Positions 27,405-40,810 of a stretch of DNA of 64,000 bases are shown one piece after another. The DNA is from Octopus sinensis (taxonomy: Eukaryota). How positions within the stretch are numbered: the stretch's first letter is position 1; each line of letters begins with the position of its first letter. The notes below the pieces were generated by a model, which did not search any database, had not been told where the DNA came from, and saw only the letters and a program-made list of their open reading frames with translations. The stretch is from assembly GCF_006345805.1 (NCBI RefSeq), contig NC_043009.1:68820001-68884000 (forward strand). Direction: 5' to 3'. Both the position numbers and the translations under genes were made by a program.

Positions 27405-27932
27405 GTGGTAATTTCCCATATATTTGTACTTTGGTTGGAGGAATTTAATCTTTACACCTCCAACAATTATTTTATGAAACCAAAAGGACAATTTTGGACA
27501 TTCGAGTATCCATCTGGTGACAGGACTCAAATTGACTACCTCAGTTTTCGAAATAAGTGGTGCAATAGAGTCAAAGACTCGAGATCCTACTCTTCCTTTA
27601 GTTCTGTTGGCTCTGACCACAAAATTGTATCAGCTACCGTTAAGCTTAGTCTTCGCTCATCCAAAAAAGCTAAGCCTCATCCGATGAAAACGATCGACTG
27701 GAAGGAAGTCTCGTCTAACCCCGATATGTCCAAGCAATTTACTATTGAGGTCTATAACAAATTTCAATCTTTGTCTACTTCTGAAATAGATGCCGAGAGC
27801 ATTGAAGAAGTCTACAGCAGCCTCATCAAATCAATAGAGGAAGTTGCACTGGCTACTCTTTCCAAAAAGAAGAGTAGGGGCCAGAGCAAACCTAATTCTT
27901 TCCAAATTTCATCAAAGCCAGAAACCATCTAA
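27405..27932 (+). mobile_element. RTE-clade LINE apurinic endonuclease C-terminal fragment (inverted relative to neighbours)
   Basis: N..FMKP...WTF...TQIDY...SFSSVGSDHKIV APE motifs in a 175-aa ORF. Confidence 0.8.
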
Positions 27933-27944
27933 AGGTTGCTATAT

Positions 27945-28440
27945 ACCCAGCCTTGGAAAGGAGTACACAGCCACATGTTTTATACCTCCATTATTTTATG
28001 TTCTCATTGAAGCTCTGATGACAGTAACTCCGAAGCCAACGCTTTATGCTTTAGTACTCAAGGCGACCTTCTTCGTAAGTTCTACGACCTCTCTTTATAC
28101 GCTTCCTCCACTCAGCTCTTATCCAACCTTGTTCGTCCCAGTTCTTTGCATTGATTTGCAGTTTTTCTGGTTGTCATTTATACAGTCTTCGTACCTTTTT
28201 TTTTTTAGGTTTGTAGCGAGGACGTTTTCCAGTTCACAGCTCATCGTAGAACAGCTGCTTTGGAAACCTTTTGTTTTCACTACGCCATACGGACAGAGGC
28301 CCATCACATCTGAGCAGATATGATGAGTGACTGGATGCTTGTGCATCTTGCCTTTGCAAGGACTTCTGTGTCAGGTGTTTTATTGTGTCACTTATTTTTG
28401 AGGAGCGTGGAACCACTTCTTTACCACCTTAGTTTCCAGG
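27945..28440 (-). mobile_element. RTE-BovB-like LINE C-terminal fragment
   Basis: RFPKQLFYDEL*TGKRPRYKPKKKRYED and a CGxVLLSKAGY zinc-finger-like tail, with frameshifts. Confidence 0.7.
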
Positions 28441-28510
28441 TCTGCTCTAACCCAGAGTAATAGCATCTGTCAGGGTCCCAGCTCTGGCTTAACTAACACA
28501 CACACACCAG

Positions 28511-28664
28511 CCGAAATTGCGAGGATGATCCGGTTCTTGACTGAGGATAGGAAGCTTCGAATGACCCGTCCTTGTTTTTTTGTATCGTCTATCTGGATGT
28601 TTTGTTGTCTCTTTTTGTGTCACCTAGTTGCCCCGATGTTTTGCGTTCTTGTCCCATTTTGTAT

Positions 28665-28665
<1 letters not shown>
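28511..28665 (+). repeat. Second copy of the ~155-bp (TA)n-associated repeat
   Basis: Reverse complement of 6753-6908. Confidence 0.75.
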
Positions 28666-28745
<80 letters not shown>

Positions 28746-29005
28746 TATATATAAATGAAAGAATGGAGTTAAACGACGAATTAACAAAATTCCTTTATTT
28801 TCGACATATGTTTCGAAGGCTGCATATTCCACAAATTTCCACACGAAAGCACGTGATCTCTGCCCTAGACATGTAGCTTCAACCGTGTTTTTCTGACGTG
28901 AATTTGCTACCCAGGTATCGGTTAACCGAATTATCCATAAGATAATTCATTCAACTACTCAAATATATATATATATAAAAAATCTTGCACAACAAATATT
29001 TAAAC

Positions 29006-29046
<41 letters not shown>

Positions 29047-29229
29047 ACACATATACACACATATACACACACATCTTCATCGTTTTACGTCTTCTTTCCC
29101 CGTTAGGGAGTCTTTGCGACCGAATCAGTTCTTATCCGGAATAAAAGTCTGCCAAAATGAGTCGGGGAAAAGGGCGTCGTCTTACTGTTACGTTTTAACT
29201 TTGGCGTGCATGCTTTTCGAACTCTAAAC

Positions 29230-29483
29230 ATTTTACAGGCTGTAATGGGTGCGTTTTATCGTAGTACCACGACTGGAGATAATGTCGTGACTTCGTCGGG
29301 AAAAGAGGAGGATCTCACTGCTCTACGTCATCTCCGTTCATGCCGGGGAATGTGACTAACAGAGATGGTTAGGGGGGGAAATGGTGATTATAAATGGACT
29401 TGTCTGTGAGAAATGCTGGATAGAGTGAATTAGGTCAGAGTGTGGAAGAAGAGGGAGAAAAGGAGAGAGCACTGAGAGTGTCT

Positions 29484-29554
<71 letters not shown>

Positions 29555-30270
29555 CAACACGAGCAATGTCCCAGATACGGAAGCAACACTGTTGAGAACC
29601 CCACGTGAATTTTACTGAGTCCAGAGTTATTTTCTGATCCTGAAGAGAAGAGCCAGCCTTTGAGATGTGGCTTTGGTTATGGGAAGAATATGCTGCTGCT
29701 TGAACTGATATTTCGTGATAGTGAGACCCAATATGTGGAGCGAATAGGCAACTTTTGTGTTGAGTGCTGCTCATATTTAAGAAGTGCATTTTGTTCGGTG
29801 ATGTTTTCTTGATAGAAGCCATGCTTCCTTTCATGTTTCCGATGAAAACACAAAATTGGGGTGGCTTTACTGGTGGATGCTGTTGAGATCTCCGTTCGTA
29901 GAATCAGTACAGATTTGGTGTGTGGCATGTAGATTACGGGTGGATTTAGCATGGTTCGATTTTTGAGAAAAATGAAGTGATATCTACTTAAGATTGGGCG
30001 TCGTTGGACTTGATGCCAATTAGGACAGTGATGTACAAATGCAACAAAGAAGAGAACAAAACCGAACCCTGGGGCACACCAGAGTTGACAGAGTGTGGGA
30101 CAGGAAGAATTCTGTCCGTAATAATTCGATCTGATAGGAAGCTACTGATCCACGAGATGTGTGTTGGATCGAAAGTTTCATTTGTAAATTTGCATGAAAC
30201 ACTCGTCGAAAGTTTTGCCGATGTCCAGAGCAACAACAATGCTTTAATCATTGGTGGATGACATCGGATC
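29230..30270 (-). mobile_element. Decayed CR1/Jockey-group LINE RT and 3' region, interrupted by (GT)n
   Basis: SWISSFLSDR...VNSGVPQGSVL and LHILGLTIT...RLALLFRIRK motifs. Confidence 0.7.
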
Positions 30271-30934
30271 AGAGGTCTCCAGTGGATTTGAGTCCGGAAG
30301 CTGCGCTTTTGTGGTCGTTAGAACGAACATGTGATTAGAATGCTACAGGAAATAATCGCAAGACGGAATCTTGAAGCCGAACCAAGCGACAGGAGATGTA
30401 GAAGGGGACAAGAACGAGATAGTTTGATAATACCAATGGTTTATGTTGGTCATGCATGGAAATCCACGCATGAAAATTTAATGCAGATTCTCGTAGGACC
30501 CTATGGAGGAGGTGCCTGAGGACACTACACCCATGACCTTACCAAGAAGAAGACGGATGGAGCGGCTGGGTGGAAGGTGGATGGAGTGAAAATAGAGGCA
30601 AGAAACTTTTAATGATCTGATAGTTAATGGGTAATATGAAAGAGTTTGACAAGAAGGATTGCTGCGAGGAATGACAAAATTTAAGTTTTGGGCCTTAGTC
30701 TTTTGCTTAAGATAGATAAAGAATGGAAAAGCTGCAATATTTGTTTGCTGGTTACAACGAAATCGACAAAAGCGATTCCTTTCTTCTTCATTTTAGATGA
30801 AAGGCACCGAGTGAACTGTTGAATTCATTATTCCACTTGGCGAATGAATTTATCAAACCAAACTCCACGGACACTTCTATTATATTGATAAACTAACAAA
30901 CAGACATAGGGACTTTGATACATATACACTGAAT

Positions 30935-30973
<39 letters not shown>

Positions 30974-30979
30974 AGAAAG

Positions 30980-31018
<39 letters not shown>

Positions 31019-32619
31019 CAGATCAGTAATTATGTAGAGTGATAGATAAGACAGTTAAGCGAATTTATTTCTATTTCTTTAATTTATTCAATATTTATTA
31101 TTCGATGATATAATGCATAAAACAGCAATAAAATATGATTTTTTTTTTTTTGTTTGTTTTTAATAAAAAAGCGTTTCAGGACGTTGTCCGTGACATTAGC
31201 TTGGACACCATCTCTGCGTGTAGTAGTAGCAGCAAAAAGCACTTTGAGGAGCGAAACATCAGAGTAGTGTCCCCTGCAATGCTTTGTAAAATGTTAATAT
31301 GTTGTCAGGTGATTTGCAGGTATGACTTCTTACAACCGTGAAATGATACAGAAATATCTTCTTAGCTTCACTGGTATTTATAGACACACCCTTTTTTTCT
31401 CCTCCCCCTTACTTTTCTTCTTCTTGTCAGATTTATTAAATTAACAGCTACAAAATTTTAATTAGACTAAGCCTTAATTTAAAGACTAACACATAATCTT
31501 TTTTCCCCACCCTTGAAATTGTATTATGAATGGAAATTGTCGAGCTTCGTTTTTGCGATTACATAAAAGAAAGTAGCGAAAATCGTTGTTAGATTTTCAG
31601 CTTCATGTCTTTCCATTTAGCATTATGTTATTTTAATTTTGAAATATTTATAAATGATATATATGTAATATTATTTCTTGTTTCGTTTGGTTTTTTGTTG
31701 TTTTTCTTCTCCTTTTTCTTGTGTTGTTCCTTGTGAAAATCCACCAACATCTAAACCCAACATCGGTGGTCAGGCACGTGACAAACTGTTCCTATGTTGT
31801 TGTACCTCGCAGCAGAACATCAGGTCGGGTTCGGCGGCGGCTCTCGATTTTGCATCCAGGTTTATGGTACAATAAAACAATAATAGTGACTTCTAACAGA
31901 GGCACAAAGGTCTCGAGTCTGGGGGAGACGGGTTAGGGTTATAATCGTGTATATTGACTTCAAGGCATGATTTATACTCAATTTTCTTTTCTTTCTTTTG
32001 TTTTTTTTTTATCGACTCCCAGAAGGATTAAAGTTGAAGTTATCTTCGACAGGATTTGAACTCAGAACGCAAAGGGCCGCAACTAAATGCTGTTAGGCAT
32101 TTTGTTTGATATTCTAACGCATCTGACGATTCATTTCGATAATAATAATTATTATTATTAGCATTATTATTGTCATTATTATTATTATTTATAATTTAGG
32201 CACAAGGCCAGCAATCTTGAAGAGCAGGGCTAGTTAATTACATTGACCCTTAGTATTTGACAGGTACCTTTATTTTATCGACCTCGTAGGAATGAAAGGC
32301 AACACTGACTTCGGCAGAATTTGAGCTCAGAACGTAAAGAGCCGAAATTTTTTTAATTCCAAAGCTCGGACAATTCTGGCAATCCATATATATATATATA
32401 TGGTTCCTAACATTGACACAAGGCTAGAAATTTAGGAAGAGGGAGCAGTCAGTTGTATCGATCCCAGTCAGTACTTCACTTGTACTTTATAAGACTCCGA
32501 AAGGATGGAAGATGAAGTTGACCTCAACGGGATTTGAGCTCAAAAAGTGAAGCGGTTGAATAAATACCCAAAAGAATTTCATCCAACGCTCCAACAACTC
32601 ACCTAATCCACCCCCTTTT

Positions 32620-33600
32620 TGACTGACTTCCGAAGCTTCAGATTCTTATCTTTTCCAACATTCCCCAAGTTTATTCGCGATTGTAGTTTCCGAGAATCGA
32701 AACCGAGTTGCCGCCTCTGTTGACCGGGGACTTCTCTCTACAGTGTTTACCAGACTTTCTAATAATAATTATAATTCTAACTAGGGTTTTTTTTTCCCCC
32801 CTCGCTAATTTTCATTTCGCTTCTTATGAAATAAACTCTGCAAAAAATCCTAATATAACGTACATTATGATTTCTTCAGCAGATTTACCAGTTGAGGATT
32901 GGGGCTTGGCTGACCGAATTTAATTCTAAATATCACTGTTACGATAAGCTGTAATCGGCCAAGAAATCAATTTGCCCTCCCATACTGCCGTTTCAATACC
33001 AATTAATAATACCCACCCTCATCCCTGACAACCCCAAAATATATAAAACAAATATTTAGAAAATATTTTTTTAAACATTATTATCCATATGAATAATATA
33101 TTTTTGAAATTCTTGATAAACTTATAAATATATGCAAATGTTTTAATATTAAATAAATGAATCGCTCTTTAAATCGTGATATTATTAAGAGTAAAATTAG
33201 TAAAAAAGTTGATTGGAACGGATAGAATAATGCGAAGAATCCGTAAACTATTGGAAATGGTAGTTAAAGCAAGTTTAAAAAATGAATACTGGAGTTCGGG
33301 TTTCGGAATTCAGCGGTTCCGAGTCAAGTTTTGTAAAGAACCATTTTGGTACCGGAAGTCGCCATAACCCAGCTTGGTTGAATGTAAAACCGAATGTAGT
33401 CTAGCGATTTTTTTTTTATTCTTCCATGTAGCTGGTCACCTCAGTCGTCTCTTCTGTAAGTACTTTGAATTCCTAGTTGCTTCAACTCCATTCCTAAACG
33501 CCATCTACGCCGATTCCGCCTGCGTACGGCCTTGTTTTCCTCGCCGCACTCGTCCTCGCAGAGAGACGAAGGGTTGGCCAAGAAACGAGTCCAAACCAAA
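32620..33600 (+). promoter_or_regulatory. Candidate housekeeping-type promoter, probably of CYFIP
   Basis: Unique CpG-rich sequence. ETS-like acttccg 32626-32632 and ccggaagt 33352-33359; YY1-like ccatttt 33341-33347, cgccat 33360-33365, cgccatct 33499-33506; ttcgcgattgtagtttcc 32674-32691 (actacaa + tcgcga). Lies a few kb upstream of the CpG-depleted domain. Confidence 0.5.
33360..33455 (+). other. Candidate non-coding first exon (start approximate)
   Basis: Consensus donor CT|GTAAGT at 33456-33461 just downstream of the promoter motifs. Linkage to CYFIP is inference. Confidence 0.4.
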
Positions 33601-33906
33601 AAGTCATTGTTTTATCAGCTTTCACTTTATCCTCTTCTCCCTTTTTAAGTAAATATTATGATTATTCCCATCGTTTCCCCGATTATTTAATATATCCATC
33701 CTTAATTCTGCCAACGAGTCAACTAACCATGAATGTGGTGTCCTCGGGAGTTGATCTTTCCTTTCACTCTGAGGATGAAAAGCTGAGTTTATGCTTTTAC
33801 AAACAATTATTATAATCATCATCATTATTAATAATAATACTAATACTAATAATAATATTAAATCTTATCATACTATCTCCCCCATAAAGCTTTAGCTTTC
33901 CACTAA

Positions 33907-33937
<31 letters not shown>

Positions 33938-33939
33938 CC

Positions 33940-33995
<56 letters not shown>

Positions 33996-34474
33996 TATAG
34001 ATGTGTTATTGGTGAATTTGTCCCAAATCTGTGAAGCTTTTTTATTGCTAGTCACCGATTAAAATGTGAATTCCTCTTCAGCTGTTTATTTCTCTGTTCA
34101 GTGTGATGTGGACTGTTTAAGCCTGAGGTATTGTTGAAGGTGTGGTACATTCCACAGAGAAATGCTCTGATTATCTCAGTGTGTTTAGATAGATAGATAG
34201 AACGGGGTGTGTGTGTGTATATATGTAGTTGATTGCTGAGAAAGTGTATATAAATATGATCCTTTGTAGAAGTGCAATGTATATAGAATAGTATTAACAA
34301 TTGACAGTGACTTCGAAGTTTCGGCTAGCTAAGCTGTTGATATAGTTCTTGTCAAAGGATAATGAATTTAATAAATTTATACTCTACATTAAGTATTGAG
34401 TAATCCTTCAGTTTAATGCAAAATTGTTTTTATTGTAACTTAACATTAAAACAATACATATATATATAATATAT

Positions 34475-34569
<95 letters not shown>

Positions 34570-35053
34570 CACGCACTCTGCTATGGATTACATTATTTTT
34601 GTACACTTCTGTATGTAATGTTTATAATATAAGAAAAAATTTGACTTCTCGAGTTTCGCCTATCGGCTGATCGCTCTCTGCCTCTCCTTCTCTCTCCATC
34701 TACACACACACACACACACACACACAGTTAATTAGTATTGTTTTGCATGCATATTATTTTACATATCTTTCTATTCCGATCACATATATACACACATACA
34801 CATTCATATATATATATATATATATATAAGTTCTTTTATTGTAACGCACACACACACACACCCATCTGAATGCGCGATGCTCTCCTCATTCGAAAACGGT
34901 AGAATGCTGGCATCGCTTTAATAGGACTGTCGTAAAAATATTTCTTCGTTCCTCTCTACTTCTCACTTCCTTTCCGTAATTTCTGCTGCTGATTTATTTT
35001 GATTCCAAAAGTGGGTTAACTTGTCTAAATGCAATATACACACACTCTCCTTT

Positions 35054-35092
<39 letters not shown>

Positions 35093-35217
35093 GCCCTTTA
35101 TTTTCTCTATCGTCTCCATCCATCTGTCTATATAGTATTTAACTCATCCCGCCTCTTTCTACTTTATATATATATATTATATATATATATATACATATAT
35201 ATATACACACATATATC

Positions 35218-35250
<33 letters not shown>

Positions 35251-38200
35251 ATATATATATATATATAATGTGTGTGTGTGTGTGTGTGTGTTTCCGCGCA
35301 CAATGTGGTATGAATTAGTTAACTTTGGCTGCAGATTTCTGCCTGCTCGCTCTAGTCTTCCACATTTCACATTCCTTGCCGTTGTTCATCTCGTCTTAAT
35401 GCACGTAGGAAATGCTTGAACATCACAACTTGTGCTTTCATTTCTGCAGAAGCACTTTGATGTGTGTGCGTGTGTGTGTGTAATATATCTATATATAATG
35501 TTGAGTAAATCCGATATCATCCCGATTTCTGAAGATTCGAAGTTGTTTAGTCCCAAGTCAGCACTGATCGTGATCAAGCAGGCCCATGATCAAAGACATT
35601 CTAGCCATGCCATGCCATCTTATTCGGACTTAGTGTAGCCAATACTACATTATTCAACGTGTCCGTTATTTTAGTGGAGGGTTTTGGAGTCTTTTATATA
35701 TATATATATATATATATAATATACAAGATGGCTGGGATTTGGTTGCTATTTCTAGCATGTCGTGAAACTGCATAGAAGTCTCCGTTTGGGATGTTGTTCA
35801 GGCAGGCATTGTAGTGTGCTGAATTCACAAGACCCGGTTTCGATTCCCAGCTGGCATAGTTTTACCCGTGTTTCTAATACTCCTAGAAAAGGCATAATCG
35901 TTTCGCTTTTATTATCTCTTCCCTTGTTTTAAAAGACTGTAGGAACTGTTTCTCAGTTTCCATTCTTGCTTAGATCATGTCATTTTGACTTAAAGCGCTC
36001 CTTTAAACTTTGTGGAATTCTTTTCCTTTTTTCTTCTTGAAATTATGGCTGTCACAACATCCTTTTAGTTTGCCTTGTAAATTCGAAGCTCTGTGGCTGT
36101 TTGAAAGAAATCGTTTCTGTTATTGATGGAACGACTTTTGTCTATAAAATACCTGAATGGATAGCTGGAGAAAGTCGGTTAATCAGACCAATGTGTTTCA
36201 CTCTGCCTTATAAGAAAACTGTCCTGAAAAATGCATTGTTTCTTGTCTAGAAAGATATTTTGGCAAAATAAATACACAAACACACCCTACTACTACTATA
36301 CGCACACACTTCCCCCCTTCTCCTCTCTCTCTCTCTCTCTCTCTCTCTTTGTGTGGCTGTCTCTTAGTCTATAAATCTTTGTCAGTCTCTGTACACACAC
36401 ACACACACTTTACAGTGTGGATGTATATGTTGTAATCAAGGCCCCATTTTCGATACATTATAATCTGGCATCCAGTCTTCGACACTTCAGTTTTTGTGGG
36501 GTTTTTATCCTTCTCTTTCAAAAATTGAAGAATTTCCTCTGACAGGCCTGACTCAAGTTATACTTGTTATTAGCACTAAACTATTCTTGTAGATTTTTTT
36601 TATGCCTTTCTCGCCCATATTTCTCTAATATTGAATTATTATTATTGTTATTATTATTATTATTATCATCATTATTATTCGATGTGTTCAGTTCCCCGGC
36701 AAGCCGAGATAACGAATCTGTTTCGCTTCTCGTCATTGTCGTAATAACTTGCTCCATTTACGTTACTGAATCTCCGTCGGAGAGGCATCTATGACACTAC
36801 TGCCATTCCCATCCCGCTCCCCCCCCCTCCACTTTTTCTTTAGAACATCGGACTGTAAGCTTTGCTTCTTAAGACATTGATTGTTAACCATCGTCTTTCG
36901 TCACCTTTACTACTACTACTACTACTACTAGTGTGAAATATTCAGCAATATCAAATAGAAGACACTGAATATGAATATACCTATGCCGTGTGTGTGTGTA
37001 GTCACAGCAGCTCTGTGGTTCTCAGAGTTTCCTAGTTCTGTTTGTGTGTATAGCTTATTAACAGACATGTTTGGGAGTGTGTCTGTGCTTTGTGATGGGT
37101 GTTGTCTGCATATGTAAGAGTGTCAAGTCACCAGATGTGTGTGTGTGTGTGTGTACACACATACTTACACCCACCCACACACACACACACACAAGAGACT
37201 AGCATTAATTTCCTATCAAGAGCACACAAACCACACCCACCCATATCTGTTACCATTACTCCAAAATACAGCAACCAACACTTGTTCACTAGATGTAATT
37301 TTCATTTTATTTTTGTTACTTGACGAAACAGACATCCGTTGTATCTTGCTTTGTTTTTTTTGTTTTACATTTTTTTTACATTTTTTTTTTACTGTTGACA
37401 CATTTATCTGATGTCTATGCAACTAATAACCACGATAATTATATTAATAGTTGCTTCTAATTTAAGCACAAGGCCAGCAGTTTTTGTAGAGAGTTGGGTG
37501 GGCTAGATGATTACATCAGCTTCACTATTTGACTGGCACTCTTTTCTTTTTGCCGACCTCCAAAGGTTGAAAGGCAAAGTCAATCCCAATGGTATTTGAA
37601 CTCGGAACGTAAAGAGCCAGAACAAATGCTGTCCAATAACTCTCGTACTTCTGAATACAAGACATTTTTTAAAAGAGACGGTGGAGTTAAAAGGAGGGCT
37701 GCAAAAAGCTTCAACTCCGACTCCACAATCTAGTTCAAAGTGAAGGCACATGGCTTCAGTGGTTAGAGTATTCGGCTTACAATCAGAAAGTCGTGAGTTC
37801 AGTTCTTGATTGATTGTCGTGTCCCTGTGCAAGACACCTTTTAATGAAAGAGTTTTTTTTTATGTTTTCATCTGCTCAATGCTTCAATCAGCTTGATCAC
37901 CAATCATCATCATCATCATCATCAGAAGTCTAATTCTTGGATATGTCCAGAGTAGCAGGCTGGAACCTTTATTTCTAAAAGGTGGTAACACTCTTCTCCG
38001 CTGTGTCAGTACATACCTGATTCTTGATTTAAAAGGTTGGACATTTTGAATCTGATGCCATCCTTTTGTTGACTTGCCATCAGCATCCCCAAACCCCCCA
38101 AACTTTGTGTAATCCAGCCAAGTAAGTGTTTCAACGAGGCAACCCTACTCATTTCTGACAATTAGCTGGGGTTTAGCCCTTCAGGATGTCATCCAAATAA

Positions 38201-39411
38201 ATGAGAAGTCAAATGATGATGTTAATAAACATACACGTAAGTCCTTAATGATGCTTAAATGTATGATGTTGATGTTTTAGCTTTGAGAAAACATCGATAT
38301 CTCCTAGAAAGATGTCCAAACAAAGATTAGAGGTCTCTCACTTCCAGCTGTTCGATGGCTGTTGAGTTCATCCACCCTTTGACAGGTTTTGTTTTCCCCT
38401 GCAATGAAAACCACCCTCCTTATTAAATAGGCTTGACAAGGTTGCTGGTTTAGTCACCAATGGCTTGACTATGCAAGACATTGTACTGAGTTACACATTA
38501 TCAGTAGCACTAAGAGTGACCAGGCTTATGTTTATGAGCAGCTCGTGAACATTCTATCAGTGTTGTATGTTGTGATGTCTGGGTGTTTCGGCTCTTACCA
38601 CATACACTCTCATCCAGGCAACCCACCCTAGGTTGATCAATCCTAGGCTTGTGTGGAAGTGACCTTCTGCTGATTTCTCAGCAGCCTCTGAAGTTGTTCT
38701 TGATGGCTTTTCTTCTGCTCATTCCTTTAATGACCAGGGTTCTGTAGGCCTTACTCAAGATACAACCTGCCAACCTTTAACTGCTAACCTCCACTAGCAA
38801 AGATCTTGTTCTCCTCCCAGTCTTGCAGTAGTTCTCCACTGACTGGTACTTAGCTCTCTCTCCCTCTCTTATGCTTCCTCTGTCCTCTCCTCCCAGGGCT
38901 CAGTAAATTCCAACAGGACGACCAGCTGCCTTGTTCGGAAACCAAGTTTTGGGTGAAATTTTAGTTTCTTCTGCTCAACTTCCATCACCCAATCTTATGC
39001 CATGGAAAAGTAAAACATTGGAGCTGTTCATGAGTCTTCTTTTTCTTCTTCTCTCCTCCCTCAACAAAGGCCCTCTGCTGGCCTGTCTGTTGTCATGGAT
39101 CCTTTTTGCCTCATTGATGGTCATGAGAACGTGGTTGTGCCACCAGCAATATCCTTTATTCAGTGCTCTGGAGGCTTACATTGCAGTTATATAATAATCA
39201 TACACTGGAGTTATTATACAACTCCAATGTATGATCGTGCTGACTCCACATAGAGTAAAAAGAACCACATGATATTGGAATTGCTCCAGCTTTTCTGGAA
39301 TGAGTTACTGAAGTTCATATAATAATAAGGATTTGTCACATTTGGATTAAGGCCAGAAAATTACTGAGGGATGGGTTGTATTCGCTGTTAAATTGATGAT
39401 GGTATTTATTT

Positions 39412-39643
39412 AGGCGACGAGCTGGCAGAAACGTTAGCACGCTGGGCGAAATTCTTAGCAGTATTTCGTCTGCTGTTACGTTCTGAGTTCAAATTCCGCT
39501 GAGGTCGACTTTGCCTTTCATCCTTTCGGGGTCGATAAATTAAGTACCAGTTACTCACTGGGGTCGATACAATCGACTTAATCCGTTTGTCTGTCTTTGT
39601 TTGTCCCTTCTGTGTTTAGCCCCTTGTGGGTAATAAAGAAATA
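39412..39643 (+). mobile_element. Full-length SINE family A with 13-bp TSD
   Basis: TSD ggtatttatttag at 39401-39413 and 39644-39656. Confidence 0.85.
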
Positions 39644-40439
39644 GGTATTTATTTAGTTGAGTAAGGTGTAGTTGACATTGGTGGGATCTAAACTTACAGA
39701 ATTGATGGATGGGACCAAACACTTTTTCTCTGCTGCTTTAGTAAATATGATAAGGACCATGTGCTTTCAAGTTCAGTCCACCGTGTGGCACCTTGGGCAA
39801 GTGTCTTCTTCTCGACGTGACTCAGCATGTATTACTGGTTCTTTGCCTTCACTTCATGAGCGTCGCTGTGATGCAAGCAGTGCCCTGCATTTCCAATTTT
39901 CCATGGAAACCCGTCTTGTCTTGCAGAATGTTACCTTGGAAACAGTTAAGTGTTAGCAGCAGGAAGGATGCCAAGTCATAGGAAATTTGCCTCAACAAAT
40001 TCCATCCGGCCGATATAAGCATGGAAAAGTGGGAGTTGAAATGATGATTAGATTTAAACCAGACAGAAGGCTCTTTCCCCAAAAGTCAGTGGTTTAGTCA
40101 CCTGAATTGATCTCGGAGCTTACTGCTTCTTTTGTTAACGATAGAGAGAGATGAGCTGTGTTGAATCTCTAATCTGGCTCTCTGTTATGTCAGCCATCAT
40201 CATCACCATTGCTAGTTTTAGATAGGAACTAAAACCCATAATTGTCGAACAACAGCTCCATTCACTTAGATCAACTCCAGTGTGTAAATGGCCTCTTCAT
40301 TTATTTCGTCTTTATTAATGAGACACAACATTCAATTGAACTTAACAGCAACAATTTATTAAGCTTTATGTACCAAAAAGGCCTTCCATATACTCTTCGG
40401 CTGCACCAAACATATCCACTTTATTTTAACAACATTGCT

Positions 40440-40810
40440 TCTAATTTCGGTACAAGGCCCAGAATTTTGAGGGGAAAAGGGGCTGGTTCATTGACCTCAG
40501 TGCTTGACTACATATTTTATCAACCCTGAGAGCATGAAAGGCGATGTTCTTCTCGACAGGATTTGAACTCAGAATTTAAAGCTAGAAGAGATGTTACTTA
40601 GCATTTTGTCTCGCATACTAACAAATCTGCCAGCTTGTCACCTTAATAATAATAATAATAATCCTTATTTTGGCACAAGGCCAGCAAATTTGAGGGGTGG
40701 GGAAGTCAATTACAGTGACCCCAGTGTCTGACTGGTAATTATTTTATTAGCCCCAAGAGGATGAAAGGCTAAGTCAACCATGGCAGAATTTGAACTCAGA
40801 ACATAGGTAG
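40440..40810 (-). mobile_element. Two tandem decayed SINE family A copies separated by (AAT)n
   Basis: cacaaggccagc tails, gaatttgaactcagaa B-box, CpG-decayed. Confidence 0.7.

Noticed and set aside
28795-28850. Half hammerhead (GAAAC-AUAU-GUC, minus strand)
   Set aside because: The 5' half with CUGANGA is missing. At most a truncated Penelope-like remnant.
31180-31319. 140-nt segment bounded by cag acceptor and GTATGA donor
   Set aside because: The translation is unrecognisable and I see no partner exons; splice-like pairs arise by chance in AT-rich DNA.
38575-38630. ctggatga...gccgaaac motif on the minus strand
   Set aside because: Core interrupted and stem II does not pair; too degenerate to call.
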